From Alphaproteobacteria bacterium (GTDB lineage Bacteria; Pseudomonadota; Alphaproteobacteria; JAAXGF01), in NCBI GenBank assembly GCA_046582565.1, contig JAYGED010000075.1:4876-68875 (forward strand): a DNA stretch of 64,000 bases, read 5' to 3'. The translations under genes were made by a program, and so were the position numbers. Below, piece after piece: positions 1-9,474 of the stretch. The notes below the pieces were generated by a model. It was not told the origin of the DNA. It worked only from the letters and a program-made list of their open reading frames with translations, and did no database searches. Position 1 is the stretch's first letter; every line of letters starts with the position of its first letter.

Positions 1-647
1 AAGCCATTCGGAAATCCGTCTCCCAGCACGGACGCTTCAAACGCCAGACCGGCGGACACGGCATGTTCGGCGACGTCCATCTCGACGTTAAGCCCCTGCC
101 CCGCGGTAGCGGTTTCCAGTTTGAGAGCAAGGTCGTCGGCGGCAATGTGCCGCGCCAATACATCCCCGCCGTTGAAGCCGGTGTGCGGGAATTCCTGGTC
201 TCCGGCCCGAACGGGTTTCCGCTTGTCGATGTATCGGTCACCTTGACCGACGGCTCCTATCACGCGGTCGATTCAAACGAGCAGTCCTTCAAGCTGGCCG
301 CCCGGGTCGCCATGGTCGAAGCCATGCCGAAATGTTCCCCCGTGTTGCTCGAGCCAATCTGTACGGTGACGATTTCCATCCCCAACGACGCAACCTCGAA
401 AGTCCATGCCGTGATCAGTGGCCGGCGCGGACAGATTCTCGGATTCCAGGCCAAGGAGAACTGGGAAGGCTGGGATGAAATTTCCGCCTATATGCCGCAA
501 GCCGAACTTCATGACCTGATCGTCGAGCTTCGCTCACTGACCCTGGGCATCGGTTGGTACAGTTGGGAATACGACCATCTCTCCGAGATAACCGGCCGCA
601 TCGCCGAGCAGGTACTTGAACAGTTCGCCGTCGAGGCCGAGGCATGA
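1..647 (+). CDS. Elongation factor G family protein, C-terminal part; the 5' end lies outside the window
   Basis: The 194-aa translation matches EF-G domains IV-V (motifs such as ...GSYHAVDS..., ...VLLEPI..., and a C-terminal region resembling EF-G). The frame is open from position 1. The sequence diverges from canonical FusA, so this may be an EF-G paralog. Confidence 0.7.
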   Translation, partial: AIRKSVSQHGRFKRQTGGHGMFGDVHLDVKPLPRGSGFQFESKVVGGNVPRQYIPAVEAGVREFLVSGPNGFPLVDVSVTLTDGSYHAVDSNEQSFKLAARVAMVEAMPKCSPVLLEPICTVTISIPNDATSKVHAVISGRRGQILGFQAKENWEGWDEISAYMPQAELHDLIVELRSLTLGIGWYSWEYDHLSEITGRIAEQVLEQFAVEAEA

Positions 648-657
648 GCGCCCCGTC

Positions 658-1440
658 ATGAGCAACACCTTGGCGGTGACCGCCCTGGTCGCCGAAGACA
701 TCCACAAGAGTTTCGGATCGCTGGAAGTTCTCAAGGGCGTCTCGCTGACCGCCCATCAAGGCGACGTCATCGCCATGCTGGGATCAAGCGGCTCGGGCAA
801 AAGCACTTTCCTGCGCTGCATCAACCTGCTTGAGACCCCGGACTCGGGAAAAGTCTTTGTCGGCAACGAAATGATCCGCATGACCAAGACCTCGTCCGGC
901 GAGCCGGTGCCCGAAGACAGCGATCAGGTCGACCGCATCCGCTCGCGCATCGGCATGGTCTTTCAGCAGTTCAATCTATGGTCCCATATGACCGTGCTGC
1001 AGAACGTCATCGAGGCGCCCATCCATGTGCTCAAGATTGCCAAGCCCGAGGCGCTCGATCGGGGACGTGCAATGCTCGAAAAAGTCGGCCTCAGCGACAA
1101 GCTGGACTATTACCCGGCCCATCTCTCGGGCGGGCAGCAACAGCGCGCCGCCATCGCCCGGACGCTGGCTATGGAGCCCGAAATCATGTTATTTGATGAG
1201 CCGACATCGGCGCTCGATCCGGAACTCATCGGCGAGGTGCTCAGGGTTATCCGCCAACTCGCCGAGGAAGGCCGCACCATGATCGTGGTCACCCACGAAG
1301 TCGGTTTCGCGCGCGAGGTTTCTAATCACGCCGTGTTTCTACATGAAGGCCGCATCGAAGAAGAAGGCCCGCCGAGCGAAATTTTCGACAACCAGAAGTC
1401 CGAACGATTCCGTCAATTTCTGTCTTCGCATCTGCATTGA
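658..1440 (+). CDS. hisP: Polar amino-acid (His/Lys/Arg-type) ABC transporter, ATP-binding protein
   Basis: Walker A GSSGSGKST, ABC signature LSGGQQQRAAIAR and Walker B MLFDEPTSALD are present, and the fold resembles HisP/ArtP. I placed the start at the ATG at 658, which is in frame with ORF 616..1440 and avoids overlap with the upstream gene. Confidence 0.88.
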   Translation: MSNTLAVTALVAEDIHKSFGSLEVLKGVSLTAHQGDVIAMLGSSGSGKSTFLRCINLLETPDSGKVFVGNEMIRMTKTSSGEPVPEDSDQVDRIRSRIGMVFQQFNLWSHMTVLQNVIEAPIHVLKIAKPEALDRGRAMLEKVGLSDKLDYYPAHLSGGQQQRAAIARTLAMEPEIMLFDEPTSALDPELIGEVLRVIRQLAEEGRTMIVVTHEVGFAREVSNHAVFLHEGRIEEEGPPSEIFDNQKSERFRQFLSSHLH

Positions 1441-1472
1441 TTCACAAGATTTAACCACTAGGGAGAGTAACC

Positions 1473-2243
1473 ATGAAAAAACTATTTAGCGCCATTATCG
1501 CAACCGCGGCTCTAGGCCTGCTGGCCACCAGCGTCTCGGCGCAGACCGTGCGCATCGGCACCGAGGGCGCCTACCCGCCATTCAACTCGATCGATTCGAA
1601 CGGCAATCTGGTCGGCTTCGACATCGACATCGCCGATGCCATCTGCGAAGCGGCGAAAATTCAGTGCGAATTCGTCGTCCAGGATTGGGACGGCATGATC
1701 CCCGGCCTGCTGGCCAAGAAGTACGACGCCATCATCGCCTCCATGTCGATCACCGAAGAGCGTAAAAAGAAGGTCGATTTCACCGGCAAGTACTACAACA
1801 CCCCGGCCAAGTTTGTCGCGCCCGAGGGCAAGAACCTCGACGTTTCGCCGGAAGGCCTCAAAGGCATGAGCGTCGCCGTTCAGCGCGCCACCACCCACGA
1901 GAACTTCCTGCGCGACAACTTCCCCGGCCTGGAAATCCGTGTCTATGCGACCCAGGACGAAGCCAACGCCGATCTCGCCTCGGGCCGTGTCGATCTCGGT
2001 CACGCGGACTCCGTCGCTCTCATGGACGGCTTCCTGAGCACCGATATGGGCAAGGGCTTTGAGTTCGTCGGCCCCGACTACAATGTGCCCGAGTGGCATG
2101 GCGTCGGCGCCGGGATTGCGGTGCGCAAGGGCGAAGACGATCTGCGTATGAAGCTCGATGCGGCGATCAATACGATTCGCGCCAACGGCACCTACGCGAA
2201 GATCAACGCCAAGTACTTCGACTTCGACGTCTTCGGCGACTAA
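1473..2243 (+). CDS. Periplasmic lysine/arginine/ornithine/histidine-binding protein (LAO/HisJ family)
   Basis: The N terminus has a signal peptide (MKKLFSAIIATAALGLLATSVSAQT) and the rest is a type-2 solute-binding domain. A GGAGA ribosome-binding site lies upstream. The gene sits in an operon with the permease and ATPase genes. Confidence 0.85.
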   Translation: MKKLFSAIIATAALGLLATSVSAQTVRIGTEGAYPPFNSIDSNGNLVGFDIDIADAICEAAKIQCEFVVQDWDGMIPGLLAKKYDAIIASMSITEERKKKVDFTGKYYNTPAKFVAPEGKNLDVSPEGLKGMSVAVQRATTHENFLRDNFPGLEIRVYATQDEANADLASGRVDLGHADSVALMDGFLSTDMGKGFEFVGPDYNVPEWHGVGAGIAVRKGEDDLRMKLDAAINTIRANGTYAKINAKYFDFDVFGD

Positions 2244-2270
2244 GCGTAACAACATAAACCAAACTAAGGA

Positions 2271-2314
2271 GGCGCTCCCGCACGCCGCGTTGTAGGCGGG
2301 GGCGCCTTTTCTTT
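2271..2314 (+). terminator. GC-rich hairpin followed by a T-tract between the binding-protein and permease genes; an intrinsic terminator or attenuator
   Basis: The sequence is ggcgctcccgc...gcgggggcgcc, a stem of about 11 bp with one mismatch, followed by ttttcttt immediately downstream of the binding-protein stop codon. Confidence 0.55.
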
Positions 2315-2318
2315 GGGT

Positions 2319-3008
2319 ATGCTGGATTTAAAAGGATATGGCTGGATGCTGTTGGACGGCGTCCAGGTCACTGTGTCGGTGGCGCTCTGCTCCATGGCGC
2401 TCGCCCTGGTCTGCGGCCTGCTCGGCGCCTGGGGGAAACTGTCGTCCAACAAGCTCGCCCATACCACGGCGCAAACCTACACTACGGTGATCCGCGGCGT
2501 GCCCGAGTTGATCCTGATCCTCATCGTCTATTACGGCACGCCAACCTTGATCCAGAACAGCCTTGAAGCCTACGGCATCGATATCATCATCGACATCAAC
2601 CCCTTCCTGGCCGGCTTCATGACCCTCGGCGTGATTTACGGCGCCTTCGCCACCGAGGTCTTTCGCGGCGCCTATCACGCGGTTCCCAAGGGCCAGATCG
2701 AGGCCGCCAAGGCCATCGGCATGAGCCGTATGCTGCTCGCGCGACGTGTCCTGTTGCCGCAGATGTGGCGCTTCGCCCTGCCCGGCCTGGGTAATGTCTG
2801 GATGGTGCTGATCAAGGCAACCGCCCTGATTTCGGTTATCCAACTGCCCGAGCTGCTGCGCAATTCCGACATTGCCGCGCGCGCCGTGCGCATGCCCTTT
2901 ACCTTCTATTTCGCGGCATCGCTCTATTACCTCGCCATCGTCACCGTCTCGATGTTGTTGCAAAAGCGCGCCGAGACCTGGGCGGCGCGCGGCGTACGGC
3001 GGGCGTAG
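2319..3008 (+). CDS. hisQ: Amino-acid ABC transporter permease (HisQ-like)
   Basis: The protein is a multi-pass membrane protein with the permease EAA-type loop (...EAAKAIGMSRMLLARRVLLPQ...). The track ORF begins at a TTG at 2313, but the ATG at 2319 is the more likely start. Confidence 0.82.
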   Translation: MLDLKGYGWMLLDGVQVTVSVALCSMALALVCGLLGAWGKLSSNKLAHTTAQTYTTVIRGVPELILILIVYYGTPTLIQNSLEAYGIDIIIDINPFLAGFMTLGVIYGAFATEVFRGAYHAVPKGQIEAAKAIGMSRMLLARRVLLPQMWRFALPGLGNVWMVLIKATALISVIQLPELLRNSDIAARAVRMPFTFYFAASLYYLAIVTVSMLLQKRAETWAARGVRRA

Positions 3009-3012
3009 GACA

Positions 3013-3738
3013 ATGAGCGATATCATCGACATCATCTGGGACAGCCTGCCGCGCATGCTTAACGGCATCCTGTTGACCATCGAGCTGACCGCCTTCAGCG
3101 TCGCCCTCGGTCTCGCCCTCGCGGTGCCCTTGGCGCTGCTCTATATCGCCAAGAATCCGCTGCTTTTCCTGCCGGTTCGAACCTTTGTCTTTTACTTCCG
3201 CGGCACCCCCCTGCTGGTCCAGATTTTCCTGATTTATTACGGCAGCGGGCAGTTCGTCGATGCCCTGAAGGAGGTTGGTCTTTGGACCTACTTCCGTGAG
3301 CCCTATTTCTGCGCGGTGTTGTCGCTCACTCTGAACACCGCCGCCTATACCGCCTATATCTTACGCGGCGCCATCGAGAACGTACCCTTCGGCGAGGTCG
3401 AGGCGGCGCGCGCCTGCGGCATGTCGCGCAGCCTGCTCTATCGCCGGATCATCTTGCCCCTGGCCTTCCGCATGGCCCTGCCGGCCTATACCAACGAGGT
3501 GGTTTTTCTGTTCCAGGCGACATCCCTGGTCAGCATCATCACCCTGCTGGATCTGACCGGGGTTGCGCGCATCATCGTCGCGCGCTCCTTCGCGGTTTAT
3601 GAAATTTATATCACCGCCGCCGTGCTCTACCTGATCGTCACCTACGTCATGCTCTGGGGATTCAGAAAGCTCGAACATTGGTGGTCCGGCCATTTACGCG
3701 CCCGGACCGACATGGGCGAGGGGTTCACCGCGCGTTGA
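3013..3738 (+). CDS. hisM: Amino-acid ABC transporter permease (HisM-like)
   Basis: This is the second permease, with motif EAARACGMSRSLLYRRIILP. The ATG at 3013 (MSDIIDIIWD...) is in frame with ORF 2872..3738. Confidence 0.82.
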   Translation: MSDIIDIIWDSLPRMLNGILLTIELTAFSVALGLALAVPLALLYIAKNPLLFLPVRTFVFYFRGTPLLVQIFLIYYGSGQFVDALKEVGLWTYFREPYFCAVLSLTLNTAAYTAYILRGAIENVPFGEVEAARACGMSRSLLYRRIILPLAFRMALPAYTNEVVFLFQATSLVSIITLLDLTGVARIIVARSFAVYEIYITAAVLYLIVTYVMLWGFRKLEHWWSGHLRARTDMGEGFTAR

Positions 3739-3744
3739 GCTAAC

Positions 3745-4548
3745 TTAGGCTTCGTCCCGCGACGGCAGGCCGAGCCTGCCAATGCCCGGCAGCTTTAGCG
3801 CCGGGCGGTTGATATCGATGCCGAAGGTGAGGCCGAGAATATTGATCTCGAGGCCCTCTTCCACGGCCACCATAACGCCCAGTAAACCGAACAGAGAGAC
3901 CTGCCAGCCGGTGCCGCTGGGCGCCTTGTCGAAGGGGCCGCCGTTGGTGGGGTAATCCTTGCCGATCGCCGTCGGCGGCAGGTCGAGGACCAGTTCCGGC
4001 ACCATGCGCGCCACATAGGCGGTAAAGGTGTTGCTGTTGGGGCCGGGCCATACCGTGTAGCTTTTCGGATAGGGATAGGTCGCCACCGCCTGCTCGATCC
4101 GCGTAATGACATCGTCGACCCCATCGCCGCGCAGATCGAAGATGATCTCGGGCTCATTGCCGAACCACATGCCGTCGGCCGGACGGTTGCTCACCATTAT
4201 GGCGTCGCCGCCGCCGTGCAGCACACGCCAGCCGAAAACTTCATAGATGGTAAATTGCGGGGCGTTCGTCGGCTTGACCGCGATCCAGGTATGAACACCG
4301 AAAGCGGCGCGCCAGGAGAAGGCGCGGGCGGCATAGACCTGGACCACGGCCTCAAGCGTCTCGGCCGGGTCGGGCGCGATGCCGGTCGAATGCCGGGGCG
4401 CGGTGCGCCAGTCGTATGATTGCCCGAAGCCCACGCTAATCATACTTCCGAGTATGGGCAGCAGCACCGCCGCGATCCCCACGAACAGCCGTCTCAACCA
4501 ATGGCGCCGGAGTGGCTTTACGGTCTCTTGATCGCATTTGTCTCCCAT
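3745..4548 (-). CDS. DUF3750-family membrane-anchored protein
   Basis: The protein has an N-terminal transmembrane segment followed by a conserved domain of about 220 aa, which I recognise as DUF3750. Its function is unknown. Confidence 0.5.
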   Translation of the reverse strand: MGDKCDQETVKPLRRHWLRRLFVGIAAVLLPILGSMISVGFGQSYDWRTAPRHSTGIAPDPAETLEAVVQVYAARAFSWRAAFGVHTWIAVKPTNAPQFTIYEVFGWRVLHGGGDAIMVSNRPADGMWFGNEPEIIFDLRGDGVDDVITRIEQAVATYPYPKSYTVWPGPNSNTFTAYVARMVPELVLDLPPTAIGKDYPTNGGPFDKAPSGTGWQVSLFGLLGVMVAVEEGLEINILGLTFGIDINRPALKLPGIGRLGLPSRDEA

Positions 4549-4674
4549 GGAAACTCGCCTCTAACCGTCGTTGGTTACCAAGATGGCGTGTGGGCACATT
4601 CAAAACAACCCCCCAGGTCTTCAGCCCCATCGCCCGTGCTGTACAATTGCCCGCTGCGACCATAGAATCGCCCC

Positions 4675-5199
4675 ATGAGCCAGCGCGCCATCGTTTCCAT
4701 CTCCTGCGTCAGCCAAAGCGGCCTGTTGACCACGGTCACCGAAAGCCTGGCGGCGCAGGGCTGCAATCTGGCCGACACCACCTTCGCGGTTCTCTCGGGC
4801 AGCGCCGAGTTTACCACGGTCTGTGAAATGCCCGAGGGCATGGCCGAGGAAACCCTGGCGCTCGAACTTCACCGCCTGCCCGCCCTGGCCGGCGCCAAAG
4901 TCATCGTCAGCCCCTTCGATCCGGTGGTCAGCGAGGCGCGTGAGCAACGCATCACCCACCGCTTCGAATTCTCCGGGCCCGACAAGGCAGGCAAGATATT
5001 GCACCTCTCCCAGGTTATCAGCGACGCCGGGGGAACGGTCATGCGGCTGAATTCTCAACGCTCAAGCCAGGACGGCGCGGCCTACAGCACCATCCGTATC
5101 GCGGTCATACTGTCTGAGGACGGCGCGGACGCGGCCTTGGATGCCATCGCCAAGGCCGCCCGCTCGCTTGGCCTGACCTACCAGGTCGACATTGTTTAA
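4675..5199 (+). CDS. ACT-domain regulatory protein (GcvR-like, glycine cleavage system regulator family)
   Basis: The protein carries two tandem ACT-like domains and is about 174 aa long. Confidence 0.55.
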   Translation: MSQRAIVSISCVSQSGLLTTVTESLAAQGCNLADTTFAVLSGSAEFTTVCEMPEGMAEETLALELHRLPALAGAKVIVSPFDPVVSEAREQRITHRFEFSGPDKAGKILHLSQVISDAGGTVMRLNSQRSSQDGAAYSTIRIAVILSEDGADAALDAIAKAARSLGLTYQVDIV

Positions 5200-6065
5200 A
5201 TCGACCGCTTCGCCCTCGCCTGGCGATTTCCAAAGATCACCCAGCCGCCGATGGCGGTAGCGACCACGGCGCCGCCCATAAGCGTGTAGTTGGTCGGCAC
5301 CTCGTCCATGATAAGCCAGACCCAAAACGGGCTGGTGATCATCTCGACCAGGGAGAGCAGGGTTATTTCCGCCGCCGGCACATGGCGCGAAGCGTAGGTG
5401 TAGATGCTATGGGCGACGCCCGACAGCAGGAAGCCCCAGACCAGACAGATCAGGATATCGCGCAAGGCAACATCGACGCCGCTGGACATAATCCCGCCAA
5501 CAGCCATCGAGATCAGCGCCCCCAGGGCGACCGCCGGCAGCATGTCGACATGGCGGCCATGGCGCAGGGCGACCACGAAGCTGGCAAACATGATGGCGGT
5601 TATCAGCGCCAATATGTTGCCGATCAGCACACCGCTGGCGAAGCCGTCGAACAGCATTAAAGCGATGCCGGCCATGGCTGTGATAATGGCGATCCAGGTT
5701 GCTCTGGAGACGATCTCACCGAGGATTACCCAGGCGAAGATCGCCGTGAAAAACGGCACCGAGGACAAGGTAAACATGGTGTTGGCGACAGTCGTCAGGC
5801 TGAGCGACTGAAGAAAACATATACCGGCGACGCCCAACAACGGCCCAGCGATCAGGGCGCTTCGCCGGGAACGGCGCAGCTCGACGCGCCAGCGCCCCTT
5901 ATGGCGCGCCAGGAACAGACTGATCACCGCCACCGCCAGCCCGCCCGAACGATAGAAAGTCACCTGCCAGGCGCTCGCCTCGGCGATTTGACGGAAGATC
6001 AGCCCGTTGAAACTCAGCGCCACCGCCGACAATAAAATCAATATCACCGCGTTGCGATGACGCAA
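5196..6065 (-). CDS. EamA/DMT-superfamily transporter
   Basis: About 10 predicted transmembrane helices are arranged as a duplicated EamA domain. Confidence 0.8.
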   Translation of the reverse strand: MRHRNAVILILLSAVALSFNGLIFRQIAEASAWQVTFYRSGGLAVAVISLFLARHKGRWRVELRRSRRSALIAGPLLGVAGICFLQSLSLTTVANTMFTLSSVPFFTAIFAWVILGEIVSRATWIAIITAMAGIALMLFDGFASGVLIGNILALITAIMFASFVVALRHGRHVDMLPAVALGALISMAVGGIMSSGVDVALRDILICLVWGFLLSGVAHSIYTYASRHVPAAEITLLSLVEMITSPFWVWLIMDEVPTNYTLMGGAVVATAIGGWVIFGNRQARAKRSI

Positions 6066-6100
6066 CGCCGTGGCGACAGGATTATGAGCAGCCAGCGCCG

Positions 6101-6775
6101 TTATCCACCAAGATGCCGGCCCCAGAATTCAAGCGTACGCACCCAGGACTGATCGGCGATGGCGGCGTCGTAAACATCGGGGCGCTCATGATTCAAGAAG
6201 GCGTGCTGACCGTCGTAGCGGAAGATTTCGTAATCGCTGTCGGACTCCGCCAGCGACGCCTCTAGAGCATCAACGGCTGGCGGATTGCACCAGTCGTCCG
6301 TATTGGCAAAATGACCCTGGAAGGGGATGCTGATGTCCTTGGGATCGGCGGCCTCGACGGGCGGGATGCCGTAGAAACAGACCGCCGCGGCGATTTCGGG
6401 CACGCGTACGGCGCCGATGATGGTGACCGCGCCGCCCAGGCAATAGCCGGTGAGCCCGACCTTGGCCCCGCCGCGGCCCAGATGCTGGGCAGCGCCCCGC
6501 ACCATTTGATCGGTGGCGCCGAGGAAATCGAGGGAATTCATCTCGCGCGCGGCGCCGTCGAGGTCGTGGTATTCGATGGCCGTGCCGCTGTAGAGGTCGG
6601 GGGCCAGCACATTATAGCCCTCGCCAGCGAGCTTATCGCACATGCCCTTGATCTGGTCGATCAACCCCCACCATTCCTGAATGAGCACGACGCCCGGCGC
6701 CCCGGCCCCGCTCTCGGCAATATAGCCCGTGGCCTGGCCTCCATCGGGCTGCGCGAATGTAATGTCCTGTCCCAT
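6101..6775 (-). CDS. Dienelactone hydrolase family protein (carboxymethylenebutenolidase-like)
   Basis: It has an alpha/beta-hydrolase fold with the nucleophile motif GYCLGG and the overall length expected for the DLH family. Confidence 0.8.
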   Translation of the reverse strand: MGQDITFAQPDGGQATGYIAESGAGAPGVVLIQEWWGLIDQIKGMCDKLAGEGYNVLAPDLYSGTAIEYHDLDGAAREMNSLDFLGATDQMVRGAAQHLGRGGAKVGLTGYCLGGAVTIIGAVRVPEIAAAVCFYGIPPVEAADPKDISIPFQGHFANTDDWCNPPAVDALEASLAESDSDYEIFRYDGQHAFLNHERPDVYDAAIADQSWVRTLEFWGRHLGG

Positions 6776-6813
6776 AATCGGCGTCTCCTGTTTAAAATAT
6801 TCTTGGGGGCAGT

Positions 6814-6952
6814 TTAGATCAATACCCGAAGGGACTGAACCCTAGTGGTTCAATCCCTTCGGGTAAAATTGATCTAGCTTTTAAGAAGTTAGAGCATCTT
6901 TATCCGCCAGTTAAATCGCTGAAAGCGATTCTAACTGATCGGATGATGCTCT
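6814..6952. repeat. Two long nested palindromes (hairpin-forming) in the cupin/DLH intergenic region
   Basis: The first is tagatcaat(ttt)acccgaaggga(c/t)tgaacc-ctag-ggttcaatcccttcgggtaaaattgatcta, with arms of about 30 bp. The second has outer arms tagagcatc...gatgctcta and inner arms gttaaatcgct-gaa-agcgatt(c)taac. Confidence 0.6.
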
Positions 6953-7319
6953 AGCCGTTTGGATCGGCCGTGGGATAGGCGATTTGTTTGCTCGTCGAGG
7001 GCGACTTCCCGGCCGGGCAGACCGCGTAGAAGAAGGTCGTTTTGGCGCCCGCCTCATAGACCAGAGCGGTGTCCTTGGGGATCCATATAACGTCGCCCGG
7101 CCCGACATCATAGGCGTCGTCGCCGACACGGATAGTCAGCACCCCGTCGATCACGAACAAGACCTCGTCATACGTCACCGTCCATTCATTGGCGCAATCT
7201 TCGAAGGTGCCGATGCCGGCGCCGAGATTATCACTGAACGACGTGTTGACGAGACCGAGCACGGCGCCGCCGTTGCTCGCCGTGAAGGTCTGATCGGCCT
7301 TCCTGAAAAGCTTGACCAT
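6951..7319 (-). CDS. Cupin-domain protein (EutQ/cupin_2-like small beta-barrel)
   Basis: The 122-aa protein has a cupin motif pattern (...VLFVIDGVLTI...GPGDVIWIPKD...). Confidence 0.6.
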   Translation of the reverse strand: MVKLFRKADQTFTASNGGAVLGLVNTSFSDNLGAGIGTFEDCANEWTVTYDEVLFVIDGVLTIRVGDDAYDVGPGDVIWIPKDTALVYEAGAKTTFFYAVCPAGKSPSTSKQIAYPTADPNG

Positions 7320-7330
7320 ATGCTGATTCC

Positions 7331-8194
7331 TTATTGTGTGAATTCGATGATCGCACCTTCCGCCTGGTCCGGGGCGATCCAGGGATTTCCGCCCGGGCCG
7401 GTGTTGAAGGGGACGCCGTTGGCCGCCAGCAGATCAGCCAGAGCCTGCCTGTCATCGAGAGCGAAGGTGACCGCCGCAACCCAGGGCAGAGAGGGCGGCG
7501 CGACACCCGGATAGCACATTCCCAGAGCCGCCTCGTCGAGCAGGCTGATCGACCCGGCGGCGAGATCGAAGCGCACCCCGCCGTCTTGATCGTCGCCGTC
7601 CTTGCCGCACAGAGCCGCAAAACGCGCCCGCGATTGATCGAGATCGCCGACACAGATTGTCACGCCCTCAAGCCCGGTGACGCCGTTGGCATGTTCCATC
7701 AGGTCCGGCTGCCACAACACGTCGCGGCTGCGGTGCTCGATAAGGAAACAATCACCCTCGGGCAGTGCCGTCTCGTCGATCTGGTAAATCCGAAAGCGCC
7801 CCTCGCGCACATCACCGTGCTTGGCCCCGTAGGGCACATCGCGCACCAGATCATAGGGCTCAGCGACACCCGCCATGCGCTCGCGCAAGGCGGCCGCTTC
7901 GGCGTCGCCATCCTCACAGCCCAGGGCGATGATATGAAGCCCGGCATACTTCTCCAGGCGCGCCGCCACCATGGGATGGGGCAGGTTCGGGTCGGTCACG
8001 CCGATCAGCTCGTAATAGCCGCGCTTGAGCATGATGCAGTAGTTGCCCGAGCCCCAGGGGCCGGTCTCGCCATGGGGCGGCACCGGCCCTTGATGGGTGC
8101 TCTTGGCCGTCAAGGTGAAGCCGAGACGCGCATAGATGTCACGGCCGTGATCAAGGTCATGGGTCGCCAGCCCGAGATGGTCGAGATCAATCAT
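7331..8194 (-). CDS. VOC (glyoxalase/bleomycin-resistance/dioxygenase) family protein with two domains
   Basis: The N terminus carries a MIDLDHLGLATHDL-type VOC motif, and the protein contains two beta-alpha-beta-beta-beta modules. Confidence 0.6.
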   Translation of the reverse strand: MIDLDHLGLATHDLDHGRDIYARLGFTLTAKSTHQGPVPPHGETGPWGSGNYCIMLKRGYYELIGVTDPNLPHPMVAARLEKYAGLHIIALGCEDGDAEAAALRERMAGVAEPYDLVRDVPYGAKHGDVREGRFRIYQIDETALPEGDCFLIEHRSRDVLWQPDLMEHANGVTGLEGVTICVGDLDQSRARFAALCGKDGDDQDGGVRFDLAAGSISLLDEAALGMCYPGVAPPSLPWVAAVTFALDDRQALADLLAANGVPFNTGPGGNPWIAPDQAEGAIIEFTQ

Positions 8195-8206
8195 GAAGTC
8201 TATCCA

Positions 8207-8854
8207 TCAGAGATTGATTTCCAAGAGTTCCAGGGAGCGGCGCCATTTGGTCCCGTCGTCGCTGTCGAATACGAGATCCTCGTCGGCCTTTACCGCGATC
8301 CAGTCATCGCGCTTGAGTTCATGCTCGAGCTGGCCCGGCGCCCAGCCCGCATAGCCAAACAGCAGCAGGCTGCGCCTGGGCCCTTCGCCGGCGGCAATGG
8401 CGCGCATCAACTCTATGCTCCTGGAAAGCTCAAACTCTCCAGCCCCACTTAAAGAATCGTCGGCATGAAGGATGAATCCCCGTCCCGTATCGACCGGCCC
8501 GCCGCTATAGACTCTGATCGGAATATCGGCCAAATCGCCGTCGATCTCCGGCTCAAGGCCAAGACCTTTGAAGATGCTGGCGAACGGCAGAATGCCCATG
8601 GGAATGTTCACCACCACGCCCATGGCGCCGGTCTCGTCATGCTGCAGCATGTAGATCACCGAGCGGGCAAAATAACCTGACGGCATGCTGGGCGCCGCGA
8701 CCAGGAGCTTGCCCTTGAGGGTCTCAGTCTGGATGAGAGATTGGGCCTGGACGGCAACCGAGACAACCAGCGCAAAGGCCAGGGCAAAAGCCGCCCAGGC
8801 CGTTCTATGAAGCCGCCCCGTCACCACTCGCCCGTATTGCCCATCGACGCCCAA
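8207..8854 (-). CDS. YqgE/AlgH family protein (UPF0301)
   Basis: The conserved core LLVAAPSM...SVIYM..H...GAMGVVVN..., with SGGPV, is present. The ORF as given carries a hydrophobic, signal-like N-terminal extension and overlaps the gloA 3' end by 34 nt. The real start may be an internal TTG or GTG. Confidence 0.7.
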   Translation of the reverse strand: MGVDGQYGRVVTGRLHRTAWAAFALAFALVVSVAVQAQSLIQTETLKGKLLVAAPSMPSGYFARSVIYMLQHDETGAMGVVVNIPMGILPFASIFKGLGLEPEIDGDLADIPIRVYSGGPVDTGRGFILHADDSLSGAGEFELSRSIELMRAIAAGEGPRRSLLLFGYAGWAPGQLEHELKRDDWIAVKADEDLVFDSDDGTKWRRSLELLEINL

Positions 8855-9240
8855 GGCTCCTGGATCGGCATTGCATCGCCATTCTGCAACAGCTCCACAG
8901 AGATATTATCGGGCGAGCGAATGAAGGCCATGCAGCCGTCACGCGGCGGACGGTTGATGGTGACACCGGCGTCCATGAGCTTTTGGCAGGTCTCATAGAT
9001 ATCGTCGACTCCATAGGCGAGATGGCCGAAGTTGCGGCCGCCCTTGTAGTCTTCCGGATCGTAATTGTAGGTCAGCTCCACCTGAGCATCCTCGTCGCCG
9101 GGCGCGGCCAGCATAACAAGGGTGAAGCGGCCCTTGGGGCTGTCATAGCGACTGACCTCATGGAGTCCGAGCTTGTTGCAAAAGAAATCCATCGAATCAT
9201 CGAGAGAGGTCACGCGGACCATGGTGTGCAGGTACTTCAT
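8821..9240 (-). CDS. gloA: Lactoylglutathione lyase (glyoxalase I)
   Basis: The 139-aa protein has the characteristic HTM(V/L)RV...ELTYN...GH sequence. Confidence 0.85.
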   Translation of the reverse strand: MKYLHTMVRVTSLDDSMDFFCNKLGLHEVSRYDSPKGRFTLVMLAAPGDEDAQVELTYNYDPEDYKGGRNFGHLAYGVDDIYETCQKLMDAGVTINRPPRDGCMAFIRSPDNISVELLQNGDAMPIQEPWASMGNTGEW

Positions 9241-9474
9241 GGAAATCGGTCTCCATCCGGTTAAAAGTCATTGAATCAATTACCAGCGCGCCGCCGCCGC
9301 CGCGCGCAACAATCATATTATGTCGCAAGCATGGAACCCATACAATTGCCTTGGCGGGCAATCGCTCCTGGCATGGCCATTTATCCACGTTTCTTTAATC
9401 TTTGCATGTGATCCTCACGACTAAATTTATACGATGGGGAAAATTCTCGAGTTCAACGGGATAAGATAAAATTC

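Noticed and set aside
1512-2255. Long antisense ORFs overlapping real genes (for example 1512..2255-, 13511..14359-, 14743..15558-, 22879..23490-, 31325..32431-, 37227..38513-, 57836..59143-)
   Set aside because: These are high-GC shadow ORFs. The opposite-strand genes have clear family signatures, and the antisense translations are Arg/Ala/Gly-rich low-complexity sequence.
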